The position numbers and the translations under genes were made by a program. A stretch of 42,765 nucleotides of DNA from Candidatus Tenderia sp. Its GTDB lineage: Bacteria; Pseudomonadota; Gammaproteobacteria; Tenderiales; Tenderiaceae. The stretch covers positions 1 to 42,765 of the forward strand of contig JAYUTP010000003.1 of NCBI GenBank assembly GCA_043755075.1, given 5' to 3'. Under the pieces are notes generated by a model that was not told the DNA's origin, did not search any database, and saw only the letters and a program-made list of their open reading frames with translations. Below, in pieces: positions 32,247-42,734 of this stretch (position 1 is its first letter; every line of letters starts with the position of its first letter).

Positions 32247-32279
32247 GCAGGGCATCAATAAGCGAAGCGCATTGCGCCG
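32247..32279 (+). repeat. Degenerate REP-like palindrome
   Basis: GCAGGGCATCAATAAGCGAAGCGCATTGCGCCG resembles GTAG-family REPs with a GCGAAGC mini-hairpin. Confidence 0.5.
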
Positions 32280-32441
32280 AATGGAGTATGGCGTTGTGTT
32301 GCTGCGCAAGAGCCTGCCCCACGAAGCGTTTTGGGTACGCTTGGTGGGTTACGCAAAATACGCTCTTGTGCCCTGCGGGTGAACACACCCACATTTTATT
32401 AGAGCGGATGTTTATTCACCGGTGACGATAGAAACCAGCGA

Positions 32442-32522
32442 GTAGCCCGGATGGAGTAAAACGTAATCCGGGATGATTATGCACCATCGCCCCCGGATTT
32501 CACTACGTTGCAACCGGGCTAC
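32442..32522. repeat. Inverted REP doublet (REPIN-like)
   Basis: Two 31-nt GTAG-led units in inverted orientation, 19 bp apart: GTAGCCCGGATGGAGTAAAACGTAATCCGGG and (reverse) GTAGCCCGGTTGCAACGTAGTGAAATCCGGG. Confidence 0.8.
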
Positions 32523-32567
32523 ATGACACTGATACCAATGATGCAATCCACGTAGCTTTATTGGTGA

Positions 32568-33794
32568 TCAACTCGGCTTCTGATCACCCACCACACCCAC
32601 TTCCTCCAACGCCGGTATCCGCCACCACAACATCAACGCAATGGCCACCAACGCCAACTGCCCCAGCGCCAGATGGGCAGGATGGTCGCTTAGGAATGGC
32701 ACGGCCAGACTGGCGATGAAGGCGTTGGAGAGCATCTGCACAAACCCTTGCATGGCGGAGGCGCTGCCGCGATTTTGGGGGAAGCAGTCGAGCGACATCA
32801 CCATCATGGCGGGCATGGCGATACCAATGCCGATGGTGTAGAAGACCAGCGGTGCGATGGCGGTGATGACCCTTGCTTCAAGGAATAATCCCTGTGCGGC
32901 ATTCAGCAGTGCGCCACAACTCATCAACGTTAATGCCAAGGTCATGGTCCGTTCACGCGGCCAGCGGTGGGCGAGTTGGCCGCTGAGCCAGGCGCCGCAG
33001 ATCATGCCGCCGACCATGGGGCCGAACATCATGTAAAAGTCGGTGGTGTCGAGCTTCAAAAAATCAAACACCACGGTTGGCGCGCCGGCGATATATAGGA
33101 ACATGCCGCCGAAGTAACAGGCCACCATGAAGATCAATGATTGAAAGCGGCGATGCACCAGGGTGCGGCCATAGACTCGCGCGACGCTCGCGGGGTGAAA
33201 TGATTGGCGCTGCGCTGGCGCCAGTGTCTCGGGTATCAGCCACGTCACGAGCAGTAATACCATCGCGCTGTATATCGCCAGAAAATAGAAGACGCTGTGC
33301 CAGCCGAAGGCTTCATGCAACCAGCCGCCAATCATGGGCGCGACTGCCGGGGCTATGGCAAAGAGCATCATCACCCGCGACATGGCGCGTTGAGCATCCT
33401 GCGGGTTGTAGACGTCACGAATCATGGTGCGCCCTGCCGCTAATCCCCCACCGGCGGCTACTCCCTGTAACAGTCGAAACAGCAGGAAGGTTGCGTAGTC
33501 GTTTGAGAGTGCACACCCCAAGGACGCCACTACATAAAACCCCAGCGTGAAGAGCACCACCACGCGTCGCCCCAAACGATCTGACAACGGCCCCCATACC
33601 AGCGTTGAAACGGCAAACGCGACTAGGTAAAAGGCGAGACTCTGTGACAACAGAGCGCGGCTGATATCAAAGTCCGCCTCAATCGCCGGGAATGAGGGCA
33701 GATAGGTGTCAATGGTCAACGGGCCGATCATCGTTAACAGGGCGACAATGAGGGTCAAGTGCTTGGCTGGGGTTTGGGTATGTGGCACTAACAC
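32568..33794 (-). CDS. Bcr/CflA-family multidrug efflux MFS transporter
   Basis: IDTYLPSFP, GPLSDRLGRR and APAVAPMIGG motifs; about 12 hydrophobic segments. Confidence 0.93.
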   Translation of the reverse strand: MLVPHTQTPAKHLTLIVALLTMIGPLTIDTYLPSFPAIEADFDISRALLSQSLAFYLVAFAVSTLVWGPLSDRLGRRVVVLFTLGFYVVASLGCALSNDYATFLLFRLLQGVAAGGGLAAGRTMIRDVYNPQDAQRAMSRVMMLFAIAPAVAPMIGGWLHEAFGWHSVFYFLAIYSAMVLLLVTWLIPETLAPAQRQSFHPASVARVYGRTLVHRRFQSLIFMVACYFGGMFLYIAGAPTVVFDFLKLDTTDFYMMFGPMVGGMICGAWLSGQLAHRWPRERTMTLALTLMSCGALLNAAQGLFLEARVITAIAPLVFYTIGIGIAMPAMMVMSLDCFPQNRGSASAMQGFVQMLSNAFIASLAVPFLSDHPAHLALGQLALVAIALMLWWRIPALEEVGVVGDQKPS

Positions 33795-34070
33795 TTTGCT
33801 TTATAGGGTTGAGTCGATTGAGGAGTGACGCTGATAAAAAGATAACCGGGGCAGACCAGCGCCACGATTTACTGAGTACGAACGGCATAGTTTACCCGCA
33901 AACAACCACCGTGATGTAGGTGGATAAAATGGTCGTCGTTGACGAGTGAGGCGTATCAATATCTCGTTGTAGATCAATTTTAGTTCGTTATTATCTACGT
34001 GCATAAAGTTGACTCATCACGCTGAAACAGCAACTATAACCAATGCTAATTTATTGAAGGAGCATCTACC

Positions 34071-34952
34071 GTGAACAGCCAAGCAGGCATCCTCAGCCCC
34101 CTTCCCCGTCATGCCCGTTACATGATGTTTACCTTTGAGCCTGAGAGCAGCGACCTGAGTGGTGTGCTGGAGCCGCTGCTGGAGTTGGTGGATGGCGATG
34201 CCACCGTGGTTGGCCTGGGCCCGTCGTTGCTGGCGGCCTTTGGCAGAAACATTCCGGGGCTACGCTCTTTTCCCAGCATGAGTGGCCCGGGTTTTGATAT
34301 TCCGGTGACGCAATATTCGCTCTGGCTCTGGCTGCGCGGTAATGATCGCGGTGAGCTGCATCTACGCAGTCGCGAGATTGAACACACGCTGGAGATAGAC
34401 TTCAGATTGCAGGAGGTGCTGGATGGTTTTGTTTATGGCCTCGGTCTAGATCTGACTGGCTATGAAGATGGCACCGAGAATCCGCAGGATGATGAGGCGA
34501 TCACAGCGGCGATTATTCAGGGGCTGGGCGATGGCTTGGATGGCTCCAGCTTTGTGGCAGTACAACAATGGCAACACAACCTAGATCGCTTTGAACACAT
34601 GGAACAAGAAGAGCAGGACAACACCATCGGCCGCCGCAAGAGTGATAACGAGGAGCTAGCCGATGCCCCACCATCGGCCCACGTCAAACGTACCGCCCAA
34701 GAGAGTTTCAGCCCGGAAGCCTTTATGGTGCGCCGTTCTATGCCCTGGAGCGAAGGTAATGAGGCAGGACTCAATTTTGTTTCCTTCGTCAAATCGTTGG
34801 ATAGTTTTGAGGTAATGCTGGAACGCATGGCGGGCTATGAAGATGGCATCACTGATGCGCTGTTTACTTTTAGCCGCCCGATCTCCGGCGGCTATTATTG
34901 GTGTCCGCCAATGCTTGATGGGGTATTAGATTTACGGGCGCTGACTGATTGA
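34071..34952 (+). CDS. Dyp-type peroxidase (short class, no signal peptide)
   Basis: GYEDGTENP (GxxDG), GSSFVAVQQWQH, SAHVKRT and MVRRSMPW motifs. Confidence 0.93.
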   Translation: MNSQAGILSPLPRHARYMMFTFEPESSDLSGVLEPLLELVDGDATVVGLGPSLLAAFGRNIPGLRSFPSMSGPGFDIPVTQYSLWLWLRGNDRGELHLRSREIEHTLEIDFRLQEVLDGFVYGLGLDLTGYEDGTENPQDDEAITAAIIQGLGDGLDGSSFVAVQQWQHNLDRFEHMEQEEQDNTIGRRKSDNEELADAPPSAHVKRTAQESFSPEAFMVRRSMPWSEGNEAGLNFVSFVKSLDSFEVMLERMAGYEDGITDALFTFSRPISGGYYWCPPMLDGVLDLRALTD

Positions 34953-34985
34953 TGACGAGGTCATTAATAGCCATCTTTTAGCACC

Positions 34986-36425
34986 TCAACCGATACTCCA
35001 CTGGTTGCGGGTAATGTCGGGCGAGGTCATCTGGCCAAGCGCCTCCCAGACGGTGAGGTAGTGGCGTGGCAATACATCCATCCCCGTCGACATCACGCTC
35101 GACGTCCTGTCTCCCCATCGATCAGGCGGTGAAACACCCGCCTGTTGCGCCAGCGTGACAAAGGCTTGTTGCTTAGTGCCCAACTGCCCGGTGGTGCGAT
35201 TGGTGTACTCATCGGGCAGGCCAATGGCGTGACCGAACTCGTGCGCCCCTGGCGAGAAACGATTCCCCGTGTAGGTCGCCTCAAAACCGCTGTCGGGGAT
35301 CAAATCAACCTTACGGTTGGCGGCATCGTTGGCCGCACCCACTGGCCCCAGCGGGTCAATGATTAAAGGTTGCGGCACACCCGCTCCACTCAATATCCCG
35401 GCGACCGCCTCGGCCCGTTCACGCGACAACCGTTCATTGCGGCCGCGCTGCCCTTCGGCACTGGCGAACCCCCGTAGAATGACGGGGATGGCCGGGTCGG
35501 TAGGGTTTTTCGCCCGCATCGTCGCCGCCAGGGTGCGCAGACGGCCATCAAACGGCGGCTGGATGGCTGCACTGTTTTGGCCAAACTGGACCGGCGAGGC
35601 CATAGCACTGGCGATGGCCCGCTCCAGCCGCTGCCGTTCTGAACGCGCCACATCGAGACTGCGGCGGTTTGCCAGCTCATTGACATCATTTTCGTCCATA
35701 CTCCCCGTGCCTTGCCAAGCGGCGGTCCCCGGATTACGCGCACCAAAGGAGGAGGTGCGTTCTCCCCCCGGATTCGACATCTTAAAGACCGTAACATTGA
35801 AGTGGGCGGCCGCCGGATCGCTGACAATATTAGGCGTGATATGGGGTTGGGCGGTAAATGGCCAGCACGGTTTGGTGGAGCGGATGGTGTGCTGGAACGA
35901 CCATTGACGAGAGACAGTATCCCGGTAATCACGCTCATATTGACGCTTCTGCGGGTCGGTCCAAAAATAGCGGCTGATGTCCTGTCCGGCCATGACCATA
36001 GGAAAGAGTATCGAAATCGGCGGGGTGTCCTCGGCCTGAACATAGTTAAACTTCATCTTCACGATCGCCGCCATCAGCGAGGAGCGCGGCCAGTAGTAGG
36101 CGTCGAACTTGCCGTAACCGGCCGAGGGGCGGAAGTTAAGGGCGGAGAAGCTGCGGCGGCGAAAAGCATCCTTGCGGTTCTCTTCATCCCAAGTGCTACA
36201 GGCATCGGGGCCGCTTGGCGGGGCGGGCTCTACCTCCGGCACGCCTGCAGGCAACGGCACGCCCGCATCCGTCGGGCCAACGCCGGCATCGCGAACACCG
36301 GCGTCCAACGTCGCCTCGCGCAGGTAGCGAGGCAGACCTGGCGCTGCTTCAGACTCCGCCGAACCGGACGAGTGAGGTGCGCGCTGAACCCGGCGCTGGG
36401 GTGATTCTTGGAGTGGTAAGTACAT
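34986..36425 (-). CDS. OmpA-like peptidoglycan-binding domain fused to a zinc metallopeptidase motif (479 aa)
   Basis: OmpA_C pattern VQFGQNSA...GFASAEG...NERLSRERAEAV...NRKV, followed by HEFGHAIGLPDEY and an SVMS Met-turn. AAGGGG ribosome-binding site. No signal peptide. Confidence 0.82.
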   Translation of the reverse strand: MYLPLQESPQRRVQRAPHSSGSAESEAAPGLPRYLREATLDAGVRDAGVGPTDAGVPLPAGVPEVEPAPPSGPDACSTWDEENRKDAFRRRSFSALNFRPSAGYGKFDAYYWPRSSLMAAIVKMKFNYVQAEDTPPISILFPMVMAGQDISRYFWTDPQKRQYERDYRDTVSRQWSFQHTIRSTKPCWPFTAQPHITPNIVSDPAAAHFNVTVFKMSNPGGERTSSFGARNPGTAAWQGTGSMDENDVNELANRRSLDVARSERQRLERAIASAMASPVQFGQNSAAIQPPFDGRLRTLAATMRAKNPTDPAIPVILRGFASAEGQRGRNERLSRERAEAVAGILSGAGVPQPLIIDPLGPVGAANDAANRKVDLIPDSGFEATYTGNRFSPGAHEFGHAIGLPDEYTNRTTGQLGTKQQAFVTLAQQAGVSPPDRWGDRTSSVMSTGMDVLPRHYLTVWEALGQMTSPDITRNQWSIG

Positions 36426-36447
36426 GGCGGCGGTACCCCTTAGTGGT

Positions 36448-36713
36448 CTATGGCGATTTCACGGAAACGGCGTTAGCCACGACTATCGTGGCATCCCCGT
36501 CGCGGCTGATGCCGCTCCCATCAACCATTCTCACCGTTTACTTTAGTTCAATCTCACCGTTTCGCACACCCCATGTCCGCCACGTCGCTGCGGATGATAC
36601 AGCACATCCGGAAAGATCTTTCGCGGCAGGAATACCCAAGGCACTTGCCCAAAGCACTACGTGGGGCAGGCCCTCGCGGTGCAGTCTCTGCCGCTCCCAC
36701 AACAGAATACATA
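36448..36713 (-). pseudogene. Degraded probable lipoprotein gene
   Basis: ATG follows the paralog remnant (TGAGGTGCTATG). A different frame reads VVLWASALGIPAAKDLSGCAVSS...NGEIELK*TVRMVDGSGISRDGDATIVVANAVSVKSP*, with an LSGC lipobox and an internal TAA. Confidence 0.4.
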
Positions 36714-36821
36714 GCACCTCAACCGATGCTCCACTCATTGCGGTAATGTCGGGCGAGGTCATTAGGTCGTCTCAAAATCGCTGTCGGGGATCAAATCAAC
36801 CTGGCGGTTGGCGGCATCGTT
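36712..36821 (-). pseudogene. Internally deleted remnant of a paralog of the 34986-36425 gene
   Basis: 36712-36762 matches 34979-35030 (3 substitutions, 1 deletion). 36763-36821 matches 35272-35330 (4 substitutions in 59 nt). Confidence 0.9.
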
Positions 36822-36830
36822 AGGCATGCA

Positions 36831-37730
36831 TTACAACGCGACCGAGACCGCTGCCTGACTCATGTTTCTGATCTGCAAAGAGTCACTCAGTGCATCTAGG
36901 GGGGCACCAGGTTGGTAGTCAAATTGAATATTGATGTAATCACCCGCAGCCACTTCCATCGGCTCATTGAGCGGGACGATGAGGTACTGGTTGTACCAAT
37001 CAACCGTGCGCTGTTCCGCCATCAGTATCGCCAGGATATTTTTTGTCACCACACGAATAGCGTTTAGGTTGCCATCCATGGCAATTTTGATCTCTCCATT
37101 AAAGCTGCATCTCTGTGGCAGATCGGCATCGTAGGTGAAACTCTGGAAGATGGTGGGATCACTCAACTCAAGGCTCTTTTCATGGCTCGCGGTGGGGTCT
37201 TGAAACAGGATGGTCGGTGCGTAATAGCCTTCAAAGATAAAGTTCTGTTGAATCGGCTGCACGGCCTGAATACATGCTTCTGGCACAAAAATCGGTAACG
37301 GGCCACCAAATTTTTTCAGATAACGCTGTTTGAACTGATCGATCATCTCGACCTGTTTTTCTCGCAGCAGCCCGACGTGGAGCATTTCACATATCACTAC
37401 ATCGACCGGCTCCGGCGGCAAATATTGGCTGGCATCCGCCTGAATGATCTCCACCCTGTCGCCATTGGGATTCTGGCGCATGATGCGGCGTGCGGTGGCG
37501 ACCAGCTCCGGATTGCGCTCTACACACCAGACATGTCCAGCCTGTTGCGCCGCAAAGAAAGAGAGAACCCCGGTTCCTCCCCCCAACTCCAGTACCCGTG
37601 CTCCGGGGCGCACCACCTGTTGTAACGCGCGTTTGAAGCCTTGCATGCGTGCAGTGTCATTGAGCATGTTGTAGTGGTACTGCATCGGGATAAACTGGCC
37701 TAATTCCAGGTGGTCATATTTATTCTTCAT
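36831..37730 (-). CDS. PRMT-like class I SAM-dependent methyltransferase (299 aa)
   Basis: HYNMLNDTAR, VLELGGGTGVLSFFAA, VWCVE and VDVVICEMLHVGLLRE motifs. AGGAG ribosome-binding site before ATG 37730. Confidence 0.85.
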   Translation of the reverse strand: MKNKYDHLELGQFIPMQYHYNMLNDTARMQGFKRALQQVVRPGARVLELGGGTGVLSFFAAQQAGHVWCVERNPELVATARRIMRQNPNGDRVEIIQADASQYLPPEPVDVVICEMLHVGLLREKQVEMIDQFKQRYLKKFGGPLPIFVPEACIQAVQPIQQNFIFEGYYAPTILFQDPTASHEKSLELSDPTIFQSFTYDADLPQRCSFNGEIKIAMDGNLNAIRVVTKNILAILMAEQRTVDWYNQYLIVPLNEPMEVAAGDYINIQFDYQPGAPLDALSDSLQIRNMSQAAVSVAL

Positions 37731-37784
37731 AACGACTCCTCGTTCAATTTGATCGCCAACAATCACCAATTGCTAAATCCATTT

Positions 37785-37800
37785 TGCAAGGCTCGCGCCA
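37785..37800 (-). promoter_or_regulatory. Sigma54 (-24/-12) promoter
   Basis: Minus strand reads TGGCGCG-AGCC-TTGCA versus consensus TGGCACG-N4-TTGCW; correct orientation, about 55 nt upstream of the start codon. Confidence 0.75.
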
Positions 37801-37940
37801 ACACAAAAATGTGTCTCAATCTGGACGGTTGGTCTGTTTTAGCGGCAGATTTTTGCCGGAACGGCTAATGGAGGATGGTGAGGGCGGAGGGGCGTTGCCT
37901 ATCAAGGGCGAAACATTTCAGCAGTGGGCTGGATAAACAC

Positions 37941-38957
37941 CTACGCCTCTTGGTAATTGATCAGTTCACGCAGGACAACGGTGGCATAACTCCCCGCCGG
38001 CAGGAAGAAGCTGAGAGTAAAAGCATTGTCTGTGAGCTGCCATTGCAGCTCAGCTACAGATAGGCGCAGGGAGCGGCGCTCCTGTTTCATGTCGGCCTCT
38101 TCGAGCCCTTTACAGAAAAGCGGATAGATTTCTTGCAGCTGTTGTTCCAGCAGTTGTACCTCACCACGGCTGGGCAACTCGCCTTTCCCCCACAGTGGAG
38201 CGGTGGGGTGGATATCCTGCTGCGCTAACCGCGCTGTGATCGTGGCATCAATCTCTTCCGCCAGAAAGATGGAGTGACTACCGTCAAGCATCATCACATC
38301 ACCGGGCAAGCCACTGTTCCAATTACCCTCGGCGACACGCTGCGACAGCAGATGGTTAAAGATGGCGGAGCGGGCTGAGGAGAGGTACATGCTGCGTTTA
38401 TTGCGATCACGTACCTTGATGCGCCCCTCGAACATGGCAGTGACTCGATTGAGATTGTCATGACCAAAACGCTGTTCGCCAAAGTAGTTGGGCACACCCT
38501 GCTGGAATATCTGTTGTAGACGAGGCTCGAGTGTGGCAATGTCGCCTTGCAACTCTCGTATCGCTAGTGTGAAACGATTGCCTTCTAGTGTGCCACGCCG
38601 CAGTTTGCGGTTGTGGCGTGTAACGGTAAGCACATCGATCTCATCGCTGTTGAGTGTGCTCCAGTCCGGTTCTGGTTTATTGGAGAGGTAAAGACTAAAC
38701 CATTGAGTGGTGACGGCGTGACGATCTTTAAGCCCTGCATAACTAACATCCATCAATTTAATGCCGGCAAGCTTGGCAAGCTGTTCGGCAACAAAAGCGG
38801 TGTTGCTATTACGTTTTTGGATCAACAAATAGGCGTGTTCACCTTCACCACTTGGTTCAAAGCCAAGCAATTCGTCAACCTGAAAATCTTCGGGCGTAGT
38901 GCGGATCTTGCCAGTTACAGAGGGGTGGCCGAAGGCATAACTGAGTGTGTCAATCAT
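37941..38957 (-). CDS. truD: tRNA pseudouridine(13) synthase
   Basis: PEDFQVDE, YAGLKDRHAVTTQW, PNYFGEQRFG and LPAGSYATVVLREL motifs. Confidence 0.98.
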   Translation of the reverse strand: MIDTLSYAFGHPSVTGKIRTTPEDFQVDELLGFEPSGEGEHAYLLIQKRNSNTAFVAEQLAKLAGIKLMDVSYAGLKDRHAVTTQWFSLYLSNKPEPDWSTLNSDEIDVLTVTRHNRKLRRGTLEGNRFTLAIRELQGDIATLEPRLQQIFQQGVPNYFGEQRFGHDNLNRVTAMFEGRIKVRDRNKRSMYLSSARSAIFNHLLSQRVAEGNWNSGLPGDVMMLDGSHSIFLAEEIDATITARLAQQDIHPTAPLWGKGELPSRGEVQLLEQQLQEIYPLFCKGLEEADMKQERRSLRLSVAELQWQLTDNAFTLSFFLPAGSYATVVLRELINYQEA

Positions 38958-39032
38958 TAGAATCCATTGTATGTACGTAAGCCTAACTAACGCAGTAGAA
39001 ACTTACTTTTTATTATCATTGAAGCTGCAATG

Positions 39033-39512
39033 TTAATCATCAAGCTCTTTGAGCAGCACAACCGCATGTGTTGCAATCCCCTCTTTGCGTCCAGTAAATC
39101 CCATCTCTTCCGTTGTGGTTGCTTTGATGTTTAGACGTGTTTCGTTGATCTCCATATCAGCGGCAAGCACTGTTTTCATTTGTGGGATATGGGGTTTCAT
39201 TTTTGGCGCTTGAGCGACAATGGTAATGTCGGCATTACCAACGCTGAAGCCGCTTGTTTTAAGCTGAGCCATGACATCGCGCAGCAGGATGCGGCTATCA
39301 ATATCTTTATAGGTGGCACTAGTATCGGGAAAGAGCCCGCCGATATCACCCATGCCGGCAGCGCCAAGCAGCGCATCAATGAGTGCGTGAACCACCACAT
39401 CACCATCGGAGTGGGCCAACATCCCTAGCTCATGAGGAATATCCACCCCACCCAAGATCAGCTTTCTGTTAACGGCAAAACGGTGTGCGTCGTAACCGTG
39501 TCCTATACGCAT
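39033..39512 (-). CDS. ispF: 2-C-methyl-D-erythritol 2,4-cyclodiphosphate synthase
   Basis: [16 protein letters not shown] and [16 protein letters not shown] motifs. Confidence 0.99.
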   Translation of the reverse strand: MRIGHGYDAHRFAVNRKLILGGVDIPHELGMLAHSDGDVVVHALIDALLGAAGMGDIGGLFPDTSATYKDIDSRILLRDVMAQLKTSGFSVGNADITIVAQAPKMKPHIPQMKTVLAADMEINETRLNIKATTTEEMGFTGRKEGIATHAVVLLKELDD

Positions 39513-40226
39513 TTACTCTTGCTCCTGTCGGGCCAGATACATCTCGGCCAGGGTTAAGTCTTCAGGACGGGTGACTTTAATGTTGTCGGCGCGACACTCA
39601 ATCATGCGTGGTGTATAGCCGGCGCGTTCGATAGCTGCTGCCTCGTCAGTCACGATGATATTGGCGCTTAATGCATCTGCCAGCGCCTGTTTTAGCAAAC
39701 CGTAACGGAACATCTGCGGCGTCATGGCACGCCAGAGGTTGTCTCGGCTAACAGTGGCAATCACCTCGCCCTGCTCATTAGCACGTTTCATGGTGTCGGC
39801 TACCGGCACGCCGAGCAGACCACCAACAGCATGATCGACCAATGTTGCAATCAATCGATCAATATCATTGTGATGCAGGCAGGGACGGGCGGCATCATGT
39901 ACCAGCACCCAATCATCGTCATGGGCGCGGCCTTCGAGCCTAAGTAGGCCGTTGTAAACAGAGTGGCAGCGTTCAGCCCCCCCTACGGTGGTAAGTAGTT
40001 TGTCTTGATATGACAAAGTAGCCGCTACCGTTGGCCAGTGTTCGTCATCAGCGCCCAGTGCAACCACCACTGCGCTAATCTGCACATGGCGACACAAACG
40101 ACTCAGGGTATGCTCGATAACAGTACAATTATTCAAATTAAGATACTGCTTAGGAATGGCAACGCCCATACGTTTGCCCACACCCGCAGCGGGCACAATG
40201 GCCCAATAATTCAGTGGATTTTTCAT
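39513..40226 (-). CDS. ispD: 2-C-methyl-D-erythritol 4-phosphate cytidylyltransferase
   Basis: PAAGVGKRM...PKQY, VLVHDAARP and NIKVTRPEDL motifs. Confidence 0.98.
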   Translation of the reverse strand: MKNPLNYWAIVPAAGVGKRMGVAIPKQYLNLNNCTVIEHTLSRLCRHVQISAVVVALGADDEHWPTVAATLSYQDKLLTTVGGAERCHSVYNGLLRLEGRAHDDDWVLVHDAARPCLHHNDIDRLIATLVDHAVGGLLGVPVADTMKRANEQGEVIATVSRDNLWRAMTPQMFRYGLLKQALADALSANIIVTDEAAAIERAGYTPRMIECRADNIKVTRPEDLTLAEMYLARQEQE

Positions 40227-40492
40227 TCGACGATCTGGAAAAAAACTTCGTCTTTTTTGACCATGCCCAACTCGCTGCGGGCACGCTCTTCAATAGCCTC
40301 TACACCCTGCTTAAGGTCTTGCACCTCAGCATCAAGAGCGGCATTACGTTCATGAATCTTGGCGTTCTCCGCCTTTTGCTTTTCAATCGAATGGTTTAAC
40401 CGCGAAACCTCGGCCAGACTCCCCTCGCCTACCCATAGCCTGTATTGCAGACCCGCCAATAGAATTATCAGTGTGACATTGATCCACTTCAT
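40223..40492 (-). CDS. ftsB: Cell division protein FtsB
   Basis: Transmembrane segment + LQYRLWVGEGS and IEERARSELGMVK. Start trimmed to ATG 40492. Confidence 0.96.
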   Translation of the reverse strand: MKWINVTLIILLAGLQYRLWVGEGSLAEVSRLNHSIEKQKAENAKIHERNAALDAEVQDLKQGVEAIEERARSELGMVKKDEVFFQIVE

Positions 40493-40534
40493 GAGGTTTG
40501 CCGCCGGCATTACGCCGACGGCCTCGTTTTCACC

Positions 40535-41839
<1,305 letters not shown>

Positions 41840-41900
41840 TTAAATTTAAATTAACCTAGATACAACGAAAGGTGATGACGTTTATCATCCCCTCTAATTC

Positions 41901-42734
41901 TTACAACCCCTGCTCAACAAACCCGCTGGCTTTCACCGTCGCGTCGATCTGTTTCAAGGTCTGCAGCAACGCCTCCATCTGTCCCAGCGGCCAGGCGTTG
42001 GGGCCATCGCTCAGGGCTTTATCGGGATCGGGATGCGTTTCCATAAACAGGCCGGAAATTCCCGCTGCCACTGCAGCTCGCGCCAGCACAGGTACAAATT
42101 CACGCTGACCACCAGAAGACTGCCCCTGACCACCGGGCTGTTGCACTGAATGAGTGGCATCAAATACTACCGGACAACCAGTTTCACGCATGATCGCCAG
42201 CCCGCGAATATCAGTGATAAGGGTATTGTAGCCAAAAGAGGTACCACGATCGCAAGCCATGATCTGATCGTTACCTACTTCACGCGCCTTGGCAACCACA
42301 TTGGCCATATCCCACGGTGCCAGAAACTGCCCTTTTTTAATATTCACTGGCTTGCCCTGACGAGCAACATTCTGGATGAAATTAGTCTGGCGGCAAAGAA
42401 ACGCTGGGGTCTGTAATACATCCACCACACTGGCCACCTCGTCCAGCGGGGTATCTTCATGCACATCAGTCAGCACAGCCACACCCAGTTCATCTTTCAC
42501 TTTCTGCAAAATACGCAAGCCCTGCTCAATACCGGGACCACGAAAGCTTTTGCTCGACGTGCGGTTGGCCTTGTCAAACGAAGACTTATAGATAAAAGGG
42601 ATACCTAGCCGTGAAGTCATCTCTTTCAATGCCGCCGCCGTCTCCAACGCCAGCGCCTCACTTTCAATCACACAGGGGCCGGCGATGAGGAAAAAAGGCT
42701 TATCAAGCCCGACTTCAAATCCACACAGTTTCAT
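41901..42734 (-). CDS. kdsA: KDO-8-phosphate synthase
   Basis: [24 protein letters not shown] and [11 protein letters not shown] motifs. Confidence 0.99.
   Translation of the reverse strand: MKLCGFEVGLDKPFFLIAGPCVIESEALALETAAALKEMTSRLGIPFIYKSSFDKANRTSSKSFRGPGIEQGLRILQKVKDELGVAVLTDVHEDTPLDEVASVVDVLQTPAFLCRQTNFIQNVARQGKPVNIKKGQFLAPWDMANVVAKAREVGNDQIMACDRGTSFGYNTLITDIRGLAIMRETGCPVVFDATHSVQQPGGQGQSSGGQREFVPVLARAAVAAGISGLFMETHPDPDKALSDGPNAWPLGQMEALLQTLKQIDATVKASGFVEQGL

Noticed and set aside
32228-32567. CRISPR array or integron attC sites
   Set aside because: No regularly spaced direct repeats, no cas or intI gene, and I found no convincing RYYYAAC...GTTRRRY pair. The palindromes fit REPs better.
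34880-34952. Encapsulin cargo-loading peptide on the DyP
   Set aside because: The protein ends at LDLRALTD without a GSLxIGSL-type extension, and no encapsulin gene follows.
36712-36821. Diversity-generating retroelement template/variable repeat pair with 34979-35330
   Set aside because: The differences are not adenine-specific (C/T, C/G, T/C, A/C, G/A and an indel), the copy is internally deleted, and there is no reverse transcriptase in the window.
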